Positions 1 through 8,554 of a DNA stretch of 64,000 nucleotides are shown here, one piece after another (positions within the stretch are counted from its first letter, which is position 1; every line of letters begins with the position of its first letter). The position numbers and the translations under genes are program-made. Below the pieces are notes generated by a model. The model worked only from the letters and a program-made list of their open reading frames with translations, searched no databases and had not been told where the DNA came from. Source of the DNA: Candidatus Aminicenantes bacterium (lineage in GTDB: Bacteria; Acidobacteriota; Aminicenantia; Aminicenantales; UBA4085); assembly GCA_963803915.1 (NCBI GenBank), contig CAWDOL010000010.1, positions 15,763 through 79,762 on the forward strand, written 5' to 3'.

Positions 1-2140
1 CGAAGATCTCGCGGATGACCCGCTTGAGGCTGTCTTCTTTGTGGGTCTTGAGGCTGCGCGAAGCCGCCTCGACCGCGTCGGCCAGCATGACCAGCGCGGC
101 TTCCCGCGACCGGGGCGTGGGGCCGGGGTAGCGGAACGTCTCCTCGCCGACCTTATGCATCTCGGGGTCGTACTTCTCCTTGGCTTTGAGGTAGAAGTAG
201 CGGACCAGCGAGGTGCCGTGGTGCTGTTCGACGATCTCCCGGATCTCGGCCGGCAGACGCTCCTTGCGGGCCAGCTCGGCGCCCTCCTTGACGTGATTGA
301 CGATGACCAGCGTGCTCATGCTGGGGGTCAGGTCCTTATGGGCGTCGCCCTTCCGGTCCCGGTTCTCGATGAAGTACTCGGGCATCTTGATCTTGCCGAT
401 GTCGTGGTAGAGCGCCCCCGCCTTGACCAGCAGGGGATCGACACCGATCTCTTCGGCCGCCTTCTCGGCCAGCTGGGCCACGACCAGCGAGTGGTGGTAG
501 GAGCCGGGCGCCTGCAGAGCCAGCTGGCGGAAAAGGGGCGACTCCGAGTTGGTCAGCTCCAGCAGCTTCGACTGGGTCAGGAAGCGGAAGATGTTCTCGT
601 AGATCGGCAGCAGGACGAAAGCCAGGCCGGCCCCCAGGATGCCGCCCAGCAGAGCCATGAAGACGTTGGAGGCCAGGGTTTCCCAGCCGCCCGTCCGCCC
701 CTGGAGCAGGAACAGGATGAGGCCCAGGAGCATATTGACGGGAGCGACGACAAAGAGCCCGGCTTTCAGGACCGAGGTCCGGCGGGCTTTGCGGTAATGT
801 TTGATGCCGTAGATCGCGGCGATCCCGCCGACCAGGCCGTAGATCGCCAGCATGAGGTTGGTCCCCAGCAGGTAACCCGCCAGCAGGGAGCTCAGCACCG
901 CGAACATCAGGGCCGCGGCGTTGGTGGTCAGGAAGGCGAAAAGCAGGACCCCGAACTGGAAGGGGATGGCGAAGGCCGCGCTCTCGGCGCTCTGGAACAG
1001 GAAAAAGCGGGCGTTGAGGGTGGCGGCCCCGGCCAGGGATGCGCCCAGACGGTCCAGCAGGAGGGCCAGGCCCAGGGTCAACCCGGACATCAGGAAATAC
1101 TTCCAAGCCATGCGGAAGGGCTGCAGCGAAAGGAGGTAGAACCACAGAGCCGTCAGAAGAAGGCTGAACAGCAGGAAGGCGCCCAGCGCGGCCGGCCAGG
1201 TCCGGGACGGCCGCAGGAGCTGGTTGACCGCGGCGATCCTCTTGACCGCGTCGGCGGTGGCCTCTTCACCCTTGCGCAGGATGATCCGGCCCTTGGGCAG
1301 GGCGGAGAAGACCGGCTCGACCCGGGCCCTGGCGTTGGCCCGGCGCGATTCGGTCTCGACCTTGTTGTAGGTGATGTTGGGCGCCAGAAAGCCGTAAGCC
1401 AGGCTGATCAGCAGGCCCTTCTTCCGGGCCGTCAGCTCCAGGGCGTTGACGTCCTGGACGATGCGCGACTTGGCCTCCCGCACGTCCAGGAGGTCCGCGA
1501 GGCGGACATTCCGCTCTCCGTTCAGGCGATGCAGAACGGCCTCGCCCTTCTCGGGATCGCGCTCGGCGACCAGGCTTTTGGAGAGCAGCAGCCCCGGGCT
1601 GGAGTATTTCTCCAGGATGTTGACCAGGGCCGACTCCAGGTCGACCCCGAAGCCGGCCTTGTCCAGGGCTTCGAGGTCGGCCGTGCCGAGCTCGATCCCG
1701 AAGCGGTCGTAGACCATCTTCTGGAGCTCGGCGTAGTCCCGGCTGCCGGCTTGGGCCGACTGGCGGCCCATGGCGAAGAAGCGGCGGACTTTGTCCTCGG
1801 CGTCCAGAAAGACGTTCGGGTCGTAGGAATAGACCGGCAGGACGTCGTCGGCGGCGGCCCGGCGTCTTCCTTCCGTGGTCTCGGTGTCCTCGATCTGGAC
1901 GTCGGCGGGGGAGACGATGTCGGCCGGGGCGGACTGGCCCTGGCGCAAGGAGGGCAGGGGGCGGATGGGGGATGTTGCCGTCAAGGCGGCCAGGCCGGCC
2001 CCGAAGACGAGGATGAGCACGGCCGGCTGCTCGTAGAACGGACGGGGCTTCCCGGCCCGATCCTCGCGTGCACCCGCCCGCTTGCCGGGTGAAGGACCGG
2101 CCTTGAAAAGGCGTATGTTCTTGAACGAGATGAGGGGCAT
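1..2140 (-). CDS. 7TM-HD membrane phosphohydrolase (PgpH/YqfF-like); 3' end runs off the window
   Basis: Absent from the ORF track because there is no stop inside the window. My translation of the minus strand starts at ATG 2140 (MPLISFKNIRLFKAG...). It reads ...EIVEQHHGTSLVRYFYLKAKEKYDPEMHKVGEETFRYPGPTPRSREAALVMLADAVEAASRSL... at the window edge, which is an HD-domain block. It lies directly downstream of phoH, a common arrangement. The 683-aa + ORF 41..2092 is its antisense shadow. Confidence 0.85.
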   Translation of the reverse strand, partial: MPLISFKNIRLFKAGPSPGKRAGAREDRAGKPRPFYEQPAVLILVFGAGLAALTATSPIRPLPSLRQGQSAPADIVSPADVQIEDTETTEGRRRAAADDVLPVYSYDPNVFLDAEDKVRRFFAMGRQSAQAGSRDYAELQKMVYDRFGIELGTADLEALDKAGFGVDLESALVNILEKYSSPGLLLSKSLVAERDPEKGEAVLHRLNGERNVRLADLLDVREAKSRIVQDVNALELTARKKGLLISLAYGFLAPNITYNKVETESRRANARARVEPVFSALPKGRIILRKGEEATADAVKRIAAVNQLLRPSRTWPAALGAFLLFSLLLTALWFYLLSLQPFRMAWKYFLMSGLTLGLALLLDRLGASLAGAATLNARFFLFQSAESAAFAIPFQFGVLLFAFLTTNAAALMFAVLSSLLAGYLLGTNLMLAIYGLVGGIAAIYGIKHYRKARRTSVLKAGLFVVAPVNMLLGLILFLLQGRTGGWETLASNVFMALLGGILGAGLAFVLLPIYENIFRFLTQSKLLELTNSESPLFRQLALQAPGSYHHSLVVAQLAEKAAEEIGVDPLLVKAGALYHDIGKIKMPEYFIENRDRKGDAHKDLTPSMSTLVIVNHVKEGAELARKERLPAEIREIVEQHHGTSLVRYFYLKAKEKYDPEMHKVGEETFRYPGPTPRSREAALVMLADAVEAASRSLKTHKEDSLKRVIREIF

Positions 2141-2149
2141 GGACGGGCT

Positions 2150-3100
2150 TTATTCTTGGGGCTTGGACTCGGCCTTCTGGTAGGCCTTGATGATCTTCTG
2201 GACCAGGGGGTGGCGGACGACGTCCTTGTCCGTGAAGTGGCAGAAGGCGATCTCCTTGACCGGGGCCAGGACCTTCATGGCATGGATGACGCCGGACTTG
2301 GAGGGCTGGGGCAGGTCGATCTGGGTGATGTCGGCGGTGATGACGACCTTGGAGTCGAAACCGGCCCTGGTCAGGAGCATCTTCATCTGCTCCCGGGTCG
2401 TGTTCTGGGCCTCATCCAGGATGATGAAGGCCGAGCTCAGGGTTCGGCCGCGCATATAGGCCAGGGGGGCGATCTCCAGGATGTTCTTTTCGATCAGCCG
2501 CTGGGCCTGCTCGTGCTGGACGAGATCGAAAAGGGCGTCGTAAAGGGGCCGCAGATAGGGGTTGACCTTCTGCAGCATGTCGCCCGGCAGGAAGCCCAGG
2601 CGCTCGCCCGCCTCCACGGCCGGCCGGGTCAGGACGATGCGCGCGACCTGTTTGGCCTGGTAGAACGACAGGGCCATGGCCATGGCCAGATAGGTCTTGC
2701 CGGTCCCGGCCGGGCCGATGCCGAAGACGACGTCGTGCTCCCGGATGGCCTGGATGTATTCCTTCTGGTTGAGGGTCTTGGGGGCGACGGACTTGCGCGA
2801 CAGGGTCAGGGGCTCGGATGGGATGTACTGTTCGAGGGGCTTGGGCCGGCCCTCCTCGAAGAGGTCGAGGACGATGTGGAAGTCGTTCTCCTTGAGGTCG
2901 TAGCCTTTCTCCTCCAGCTCGTGCACCTTGTCGAAGTAGGCCTTGGCGCCGGCCACCTTGGCCGGATCGCCGTCGACGTAGAGGCAGTCGCCGCGCAGGC
3001 TGAGGCTCAGGCCCAGGCGGTCCTCGAGCTTCTTCAGGTTGCGGTCGAGGACGCCCAGGAAGGCGGGTTTCTTGACGAACGGGTAGGTGATGGTTTGCAT
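2150..3100 (-). CDS. phoH: PhoH-family ATPase
   Basis: Track ORF of 316 aa. Walker A GPAGTGKTYLAMAMA and the ...RGRTLSSAFIILDEAQN... block are present. Full length. Confidence 0.93.
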   Translation of the reverse strand: MQTITYPFVKKPAFLGVLDRNLKKLEDRLGLSLSLRGDCLYVDGDPAKVAGAKAYFDKVHELEEKGYDLKENDFHIVLDLFEEGRPKPLEQYIPSEPLTLSRKSVAPKTLNQKEYIQAIREHDVVFGIGPAGTGKTYLAMAMALSFYQAKQVARIVLTRPAVEAGERLGFLPGDMLQKVNPYLRPLYDALFDLVQHEQAQRLIEKNILEIAPLAYMRGRTLSSAFIILDEAQNTTREQMKMLLTRAGFDSKVVITADITQIDLPQPSKSGVIHAMKVLAPVKEIAFCHFTDKDVVRHPLVQKIIKAYQKAESKPQE

Positions 3101-3273
3101 GGCGGGCGGATCAGGAGCGTAGGCTCATGGGGGATTGATTATAAACATCTTTGGCCATGCTTTGTCAACCTCAGTATAGGGAAGGTCTGTAGGGAAGGTC
3201 TTGAAAAAAGGCGTCCATTCATGTATAAGATGGTTTACTTTTCCGGGTTTGCAGCCCGTCCGAGGAGATCCCC

Positions 3274-3492
3274 ATGGGCAAGGAATTCACCACGGTGTCC
3301 ATCCCCACAACTCTCGTCCATGAAATCGAGAGCGCCATCCAGGGGACGGAGATCAAGACGGTATCAAGCTATATCGTTGGAGCCGTCCGGGAAGCCCTGT
3401 CCAAGGGGCCCGGCCATGCGGACGGCCCTTTCAGCCAGGAGGACGAGGAGAAGGTCAAGGAGCGGCTCAAGGCGCTCGGCTACATCGACTGA
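3274..3492 (+). CDS. small ribbon-helix-helix (CopG-like) DNA-binding protein
   Basis: 72-aa ORF with GAGGAG a few nt upstream. It has an N-terminal strand-helix pattern (FTTVSIPTTLVHEIESAI) and an acidic/basic tail ...EEKVKERLKALGYID. The family call is from memory of similar small proteins. Confidence 0.6.
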   Translation: MGKEFTTVSIPTTLVHEIESAIQGTEIKTVSSYIVGAVREALSKGPGHADGPFSQEDEEKVKERLKALGYID

Positions 3493-3532
3493 CCTCGCTC
3501 CTCCTGATCGGCGAGACGCGCAAGGAATATCC

Positions 3533-4903
3533 ATGACACGCAAGCTGATGGTCCTCGGACTCGACTGCGCCCCGCCCGAGATCGTGCTCGACCGGAGGCA
3601 GGAGCTTCCCGTCCTCAACCGGATGATCGCCGGCGGCCGGCACGGCCGGATGCGAAGCTCGGACCCTCCGATCACGATCCCGGCCTGGATGGTCATGGCT
3701 ACGGGCAAGGACGCCGGCCGCCTGGGGATTTACGGCTTCCGGCACCGCAACGGCTACACCTACGACAAGATGTGGATCGCCAACTCCCTGTCCGTCAAGG
3801 AGCCCGCGGTTTGGGACCTGGTCGGGGCCGCGGGCGGCCAGAGCCTCCTGGTCAGCGTGCCGCCGAGCTATCCTCCCAAGCCCATCGCCGGCAGCATGAT
3901 CGGCTGCTTCATCACCCCCGGCGCGGACAAGGAGTACACCTACCCGGCCGGGCTGAAGGCCGAGATCGAGGCCGAGTTCGGGGCCTATCCCTTCGACGTC
4001 GTCTTCCGGACGGACGACCGCGACCAGATCCTGCAGGCCATCTACGACATGACGGCCAAGCGGTTCGAGATCATGATCAAGCTGGCCAAGAGCAAGCCCT
4101 GGGACCTGTTCTGGTTCGTCGAGATCGGGGTCGACCGCATCCAGCACGCCTTCTGGAAGTACCACGACCCGGCCCATCACAAGTTCGAGCCCGGTAACAA
4201 GTACGAGCGGGCCATCATGGACTACTACAAGTTCCTCGACGGCCGCATCGGCGCCCTGTTGGAGGTCGTCCCGGACGACACCGTGCTGCTGGCCGTCTCC
4301 GACCACGGGGCCAAGCGGATGAAGGGCGCCTTCTGCGTCAACGAGTGGCTGATCGAGCAGGGCGACCTGGTCCTCAAGGAGCCCCCCCGGCGCGGCGCCA
4401 GCATCGAAAAGACGCCCATCGACTGGTCCCGGACCAAGGCCTGGGGCTGGGGCGGATACTACGCCCGCATCTTCCTCAACGTCGAAGGGCGCGAGCCGCA
4501 GGGCGTTATTCCCGCCGAGGCCTACGAGGCCGAGCGCGATGCCCTGGCCGATCGGCTGCGCAGGATCCGCGGCCCGCAGGGCGAGACCTGGGCGACCCGG
4601 GTCATCAAGCCCAACGAATACTACCCCGAGCTGCGCGGCGACTACCCCGACCTGATGGTCTATTTCGACGACCTCTTCTGGCGGTCCGCGGGGACGCTGG
4701 GTTGGGGGTCGATGTACCTGGACGAAAACGATACCGGGCCGGACGACGCCGTCCACGCCCAGGACGGGATGTATGTGCTCTACGACCCGGCCGATCGGAC
4801 ATCGGTCCGGCGGGACATGGACATCCTGGACCTGGCGCCGACCATCCTGACCAGGATGGGCTTGCGCGTCCCGGCCGACATGCGAGGCCGGGCCGTCGAT
4901 TGA
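3533..4903 (+). CDS. alkaline-phosphatase-superfamily protein (type I phosphodiesterase/nucleotide pyrophosphatase family)
   Basis: In-frame ATG at 3533 inside track ORF 2156..4903; the upstream part of that ORF is antisense to phoH. Blocks MVLGLDCAPPE, ITIPAWMVMATG, LLAVSDHGAKRM and GPDDAVHAQDGMYVLYDP fit the NPP/AP metal-ligand layout. Confidence 0.8.
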   Translation: MTRKLMVLGLDCAPPEIVLDRRQELPVLNRMIAGGRHGRMRSSDPPITIPAWMVMATGKDAGRLGIYGFRHRNGYTYDKMWIANSLSVKEPAVWDLVGAAGGQSLLVSVPPSYPPKPIAGSMIGCFITPGADKEYTYPAGLKAEIEAEFGAYPFDVVFRTDDRDQILQAIYDMTAKRFEIMIKLAKSKPWDLFWFVEIGVDRIQHAFWKYHDPAHHKFEPGNKYERAIMDYYKFLDGRIGALLEVVPDDTVLLAVSDHGAKRMKGAFCVNEWLIEQGDLVLKEPPRRGASIEKTPIDWSRTKAWGWGGYYARIFLNVEGREPQGVIPAEAYEAERDALADRLRRIRGPQGETWATRVIKPNEYYPELRGDYPDLMVYFDDLFWRSAGTLGWGSMYLDENDTGPDDAVHAQDGMYVLYDPADRTSVRRDMDILDLAPTILTRMGLRVPADMRGRAVD

Positions 4904-4931
4904 GCGGCACCGGACTAAAAGGAGAATCACC

Positions 4932-5507
4932 ATGTGCGAAGGACACGATCACAAGGGCGCGGCGGTCTGGTTCACCGGCCTGCCCTGCTCGGGCAAGTCG
5001 GCCATCGCCGACCGCGCGGCCGAGATCCTGAAGGACCGCGGCTACCGGGTCGAGCGGCTGGACGGCGATATCGTCCGCCAGGACCTGACCCGCGACCTGG
5101 GCTTTTCCAAGGCCGACCGGGACGAGAACATCCGGCGGGTGACGTTCGTCTCGAAGCTCCTGGCCCGCAACGGCGTGCTCGTCCTGACCTCGTTCATCTC
5201 GCCCTACGCCGAGATGCGGGACAACGCCCGCAAGCAGATCGGCGACTTCGTCGAGGTCTACGTCAAGTGCCCCGTGGACGTCTGCATCCAGCGCGACGTC
5301 AAGGGCATGTACAAGAAGGCCATGGCCGGGCAGATCAAGGAGTTCACCGGGGTCTCGGATCCCTATGAAGAGCCCCTGGCGGCCGAGCTGGTCATCGAGA
5401 CCGACAAGGAAACGCTCGAGCAGAGCACGGAGCGGCTGCTGCGGGCCTTGAAAGAACGGGGCTATCTTGGATTAAAATCCGCCCTTCCTGGAGGGGGGAG
5501 CGCATGA
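4932..5507 (+). CDS. cysC: adenylyl-sulfate (APS) kinase
   Basis: P-loop GLPCSGKS, plus LDGDIVRQDLTRDLGFSKADRDENIRR and SFISPY blocks. AAGGAG RBS. Its stop overlaps the next start (ATGA). Confidence 0.93.
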   Translation: MCEGHDHKGAAVWFTGLPCSGKSAIADRAAEILKDRGYRVERLDGDIVRQDLTRDLGFSKADRDENIRRVTFVSKLLARNGVLVLTSFISPYAEMRDNARKQIGDFVEVYVKCPVDVCIQRDVKGMYKKAMAGQIKEFTGVSDPYEEPLAAELVIETDKETLEQSTERLLRALKERGYLGLKSALPGGGSA

Positions 5508-6445
5508 CCCATTTTCTGATCACCGGAGGAGCCGGCTTCATCGGCTCCCATCTGGCCGAGGGGCTCGTCAAGCGCGGCCACAAGGTCCGCGTCCTGGACA
5601 ACTTCCTGACCGGCAAGCGCGCCAACCTGGCCCACCTGGCGGGCTCGGTCGAGATCATGGAGGGCGATATCCGCAGCCGCGAGACCTGTGCGGCGGCCGT
5701 GAAAGGCATGGAGGTCGTCCTCCACCAGGCGGCGCTGCCTTCCGTCCCGCGCTCGGTCGAGGACCCCTTCACCACCAACGAGGTCAACGTCGGCGGCACG
5801 CTGAACATGCTCTGGGCCGCGGCCAAGGGCGGGGTCGGGCGCTTTGCCTTCGCCTCGTCCTCATCGGTCTACGGCGACGACCCGCGCCTGCCCAAGGTCG
5901 AGGGAGCCGAGGGCATGCCCCTCTCGCCCTATGCCGTGAGCAAGTGGGTAGGGGAGAAGTACCTGCAGACCTTCGCCAAGACCTTCGGCCTGTCGACCGT
6001 CAGCCTGCGCTACTTCAACGTCTTCGGGCCGCGCCAGGACCCGGCTTCGCAGTATGCCGCGGCCATCCCCCTCTTCATCACCCGCATCCTCAGGGGCCAG
6101 TCCCCGGTCATCTACGGCGACGGCGAGCAGTCGCGCGACTTCACCTTCGTCGAGAACATCATCGAAGCCAACCTGCGCGCCGCCGAGACGCCGGGGCTTG
6201 CCGGCCAGGCCTTCAACGTCGCCTGCGCCGAGCGGATCACGGTCAACGCCCTGGTCGCCCGTATCGGCGAGATCCTGGGCCTGCCGGCCAAGGCGGCCTA
6301 CGAACCGCCCCGGCCCGGCGACATCAAGCACTCCTTCGCCGACATCGGGCGGGCCGTGGCCGGGATGGGCTTCGAGCCCCGCGTCCTCTTCGACGAGGGG
6401 CTGCGTCGGACGATCGCTTGGTACAAGGAGAATTTCCCGTTATGA
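5504..6445 (+). CDS. NAD-dependent nucleotide-sugar 4-epimerase (WbpP/TviC-like SDR)
   Basis: ITGGAGFIGSHL Rossmann motif, YAVSK catalytic motif, and C-terminal PGDIKHSFADI block. Confidence 0.88.
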   Translation: MTHFLITGGAGFIGSHLAEGLVKRGHKVRVLDNFLTGKRANLAHLAGSVEIMEGDIRSRETCAAAVKGMEVVLHQAALPSVPRSVEDPFTTNEVNVGGTLNMLWAAAKGGVGRFAFASSSSVYGDDPRLPKVEGAEGMPLSPYAVSKWVGEKYLQTFAKTFGLSTVSLRYFNVFGPRQDPASQYAAAIPLFITRILRGQSPVIYGDGEQSRDFTFVENIIEANLRAAETPGLAGQAFNVACAERITVNALVARIGEILGLPAKAAYEPPRPGDIKHSFADIGRAVAGMGFEPRVLFDEGLRRTIAWYKENFPL

Positions 6446-7761
6446 GCCAGATGAGCAAGGCCTTCGAGGCCGGTATTCTCGAGCGTCGGACGGTGATCGG
6501 TGTCGTCGGGCTGGGCTACGTCGGCCTGCCCCTGGTCAAGGCTTTCGTCAACAAGGGCTTCCGGGTGCTCGGGTTCGACATCGACGAGCGCAAGGTGGCG
6601 ATGCTGAACAAGGGCCGCAGCTACATCAAGCACGTCTCGACGGACGAGCTGAAGGGCTACCTGAAAGCCAAGAAGCTGGAGGCCACGACCGACTTCGCCC
6701 GGCTGCCGGAGGCGGACGCGGTCATCATCTGCGTGCCGACGCCGCTGGACGCGCACCGCAACCCCGACCTGTCGTTCGTCCTGGACACGACGCGGACGAT
6801 CGCCAAGCACCTGCGCAAGGGCCAGCTGGTGGTCCTGGAAAGCACGACCTACCCGGGGACGACCGACGAGGACATGCTGCCGATCCTGGAGGCGGGCGGG
6901 TTGAAGGCGGGCCGGGACTTCTTCCTGGCCTTCTCGCCCGAGCGCGAGAACCCGGGCGACCCGGTCTACTCGGCCTCGAACACGCCCAAGGTCGTGGGCG
7001 GATACAGCAAAGACTGCATGGACGTCGCCAACCGGCTCTACGGCCAGGTGGTGGTCAAGACGGTGCCGGTCAGCTCGACCCGGGCGGCGGAGGCGACCAA
7101 GCTGCTGGAGAACATCTTCCGCTGCGTCAACATCGCCCTGGTCAACGAGCTGAAGATGATCTTCGACCGGATGGACATCGACGTCTGGGAGGTCATCCGG
7201 GCGGCCTCCAGCAAGCCCTTCGGGTTCATGCCGTTCTACCCCGGGCCGGGGCTGGGCGGACACTGCATCCCGATCGACCCGTTCTACCTGACCTGGAAGG
7301 CGCGCGAGGTGGACTACTCGACGAAGTTCATCGAGCTGGCGGGCGAGATCAACACGGCCATGCCGTACTACGTGATCAACAAGATGATCGAGGCGCTGTC
7401 GGAGCGGGGCAAGTCGATCAAGGGGGCCAAGGTGCTGGTGCTGGGGATCGCCTACAAGAGGGACATCGACGACCAGCGCGAATCGCCCTCGCTGAAGATC
7501 ATCGACCTGCTGCTGAAGCGGGGGATCAAGGTGGAATACAACGACCCCTACGTGCCCGAGAGCCGGGGCCACCGCGAGTACCCGGGCCTGGACCTTCTCT
7601 CGGTGCCGCTGACCGAGAAGCGCCTCCGGGCGGCGGATGCGGTCATCATCTCGACGGACCACTCCTGCTACGACTACCCTTGGATCGTCCGCAACGCCAA
7701 GCTGGTCATCGACAGCCGGAACGCCGTCAAGAAGCCGCGTAAGAACGTCGTCAAAGCATAG
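6442..7761 (+). CDS. UDP-N-acetyl-amino-sugar 6-dehydrogenase (WbpO/TviB/WecC-like nucleotide-sugar dehydrogenase)
   Basis: ATG 6442 sits in an ATGA overlap with the epimerase stop. VGLGYVGLP Rossmann motif and GGHCIPIDP catalytic-Cys block. The N-terminal 166 aa of track ORF 5944..7761 are out-of-gene read-through. Confidence 0.9.
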   Translation: MSQMSKAFEAGILERRTVIGVVGLGYVGLPLVKAFVNKGFRVLGFDIDERKVAMLNKGRSYIKHVSTDELKGYLKAKKLEATTDFARLPEADAVIICVPTPLDAHRNPDLSFVLDTTRTIAKHLRKGQLVVLESTTYPGTTDEDMLPILEAGGLKAGRDFFLAFSPERENPGDPVYSASNTPKVVGGYSKDCMDVANRLYGQVVVKTVPVSSTRAAEATKLLENIFRCVNIALVNELKMIFDRMDIDVWEVIRAASSKPFGFMPFYPGPGLGGHCIPIDPFYLTWKAREVDYSTKFIELAGEINTAMPYYVINKMIEALSERGKSIKGAKVLVLGIAYKRDIDDQRESPSLKIIDLLLKRGIKVEYNDPYVPESRGHREYPGLDLLSVPLTEKRLRAADAVIISTDHSCYDYPWIVRNAKLVIDSRNAVKKPRKNVVKA

Positions 7762-7977
7762 CTCGGGGATGGGGGTTCGCTCTGGCGGAAATTTTTGCGC
7801 CGTGTCGTCTCGCTTTTCTCGGCGGCTCGGAACTCGCGTCCCGCATTGATTTAACGGTTTTTGTACGGTCCGCTCAGACATCCTCGCCGTCCTGCCTCTT
7901 TCCGGGCAGGATTCCCTCGAAAAGCGAGAACACGCAGCGAAATTTCCGCATCGGCGCTCACCCCCATACCCCTCGCT
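7760..7977. repeat. MITE-like intergenic repeat, copy A (~215 bp, long imperfect terminal inverted repeats)
   Basis: Aligns by eye at roughly 80% identity with 28383..28601. Arms: GCGGAAATTTTTGCGCCGTGTCGTCTCGCTTTTCTCG at the left, versus the reverse complement of CGAAAAGCGAGAACACGCAGCGAAATTTCCGC at the right. Internal hairpin CCTGCC-TCTTTCC-GGGCAGG. Confidence 0.75.
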
Positions 7978-8011
7978 AAAGTTTAAGAGAAAAAGTTTTA
8001 GTTGGCTTTCT

Positions 8012-8515
8012 TTAAAGCTTCCTAATCAACTCTCCCAACGCTTTGCGCTGTTTAGGGCGCGGGGAGTCGGCCGGGTAGCCCAGCGGCGTGAAGATCAGCG
8101 GCTCCAGGCTCGCATCGAGGTGCAGTACCTCGCGGGCCGCGACCGGGTCGAAGGCCGCGATCCAGCACGTCCCCAACCCCTCGTTGGCCGCCGCCAGGAT
8201 CAGGTGGTCCATGGCGATCGTGACGTCGACGTCGGCGTAAAGCTTGCCGTCGCGGCGGACCCAGCTTTCCGACGGCACGCCGCACGCGGCCAGGACGAGC
8301 GGCGCCTGGACGAACCAAGGGCGCGGGTAGACCCGTTCCAGCTCGACTTCACGGCCGACCGTGGGGATGACCAGGATCCGGAACGGCTGGCGGTTGGCCG
8401 CCGTCGGGGCGAGCCGGGCCGCCTCCAGGACGCGGGCCAGCTTGTCCTCCGCCACCGGATCGTGCCGATACGCCCTGACGCTGTACCTTGCCCGGATCAG
8501 CCTTTCGAACTCCAT
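8012..8515 (-). CDS. nitroreductase-family oxidoreductase
   Basis: 167 aa; RYSVRAY, APTAANRQPFR and GTCWI blocks. Confidence 0.88.
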   Translation of the reverse strand: MEFERLIRARYSVRAYRHDPVAEDKLARVLEAARLAPTAANRQPFRILVIPTVGREVELERVYPRPWFVQAPLVLAACGVPSESWVRRDGKLYADVDVTIAMDHLILAAANEGLGTCWIAAFDPVAAREVLHLDASLEPLIFTPLGYPADSPRPKQRKALGELIRKL

Positions 8516-8554
8516 GATGTTGCCTCCCTGCCGCGTGCGCGCGGCGCGATCTGT

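Noticed and set aside
41-2092. 683-aa + strand ORF, and similar very long ORFs: 29042..31993 -, 13875..15680 -, 15568..17007 -, 35102..36838 -, 6298..7881 -, 22195..23163 +, 23277..24380 +, 8849..10387 +.
   Set aside because: Their sequences are low-complexity and rich in Arg/Gly/Pro/Ala/Asp, with no motifs. Each lies antisense to a gene with clear family signatures. This is the typical stop-poor antisense frame of a high-GC genome.
3274-3492. RHH protein as the antitoxin of a toxin-antitoxin pair.
   Set aside because: There is no small toxin-like partner (RelE/ParE/PIN etc.) on either side. The next gene is a 456-aa AP-family enzyme 40 nt downstream in an operon-like arrangement.
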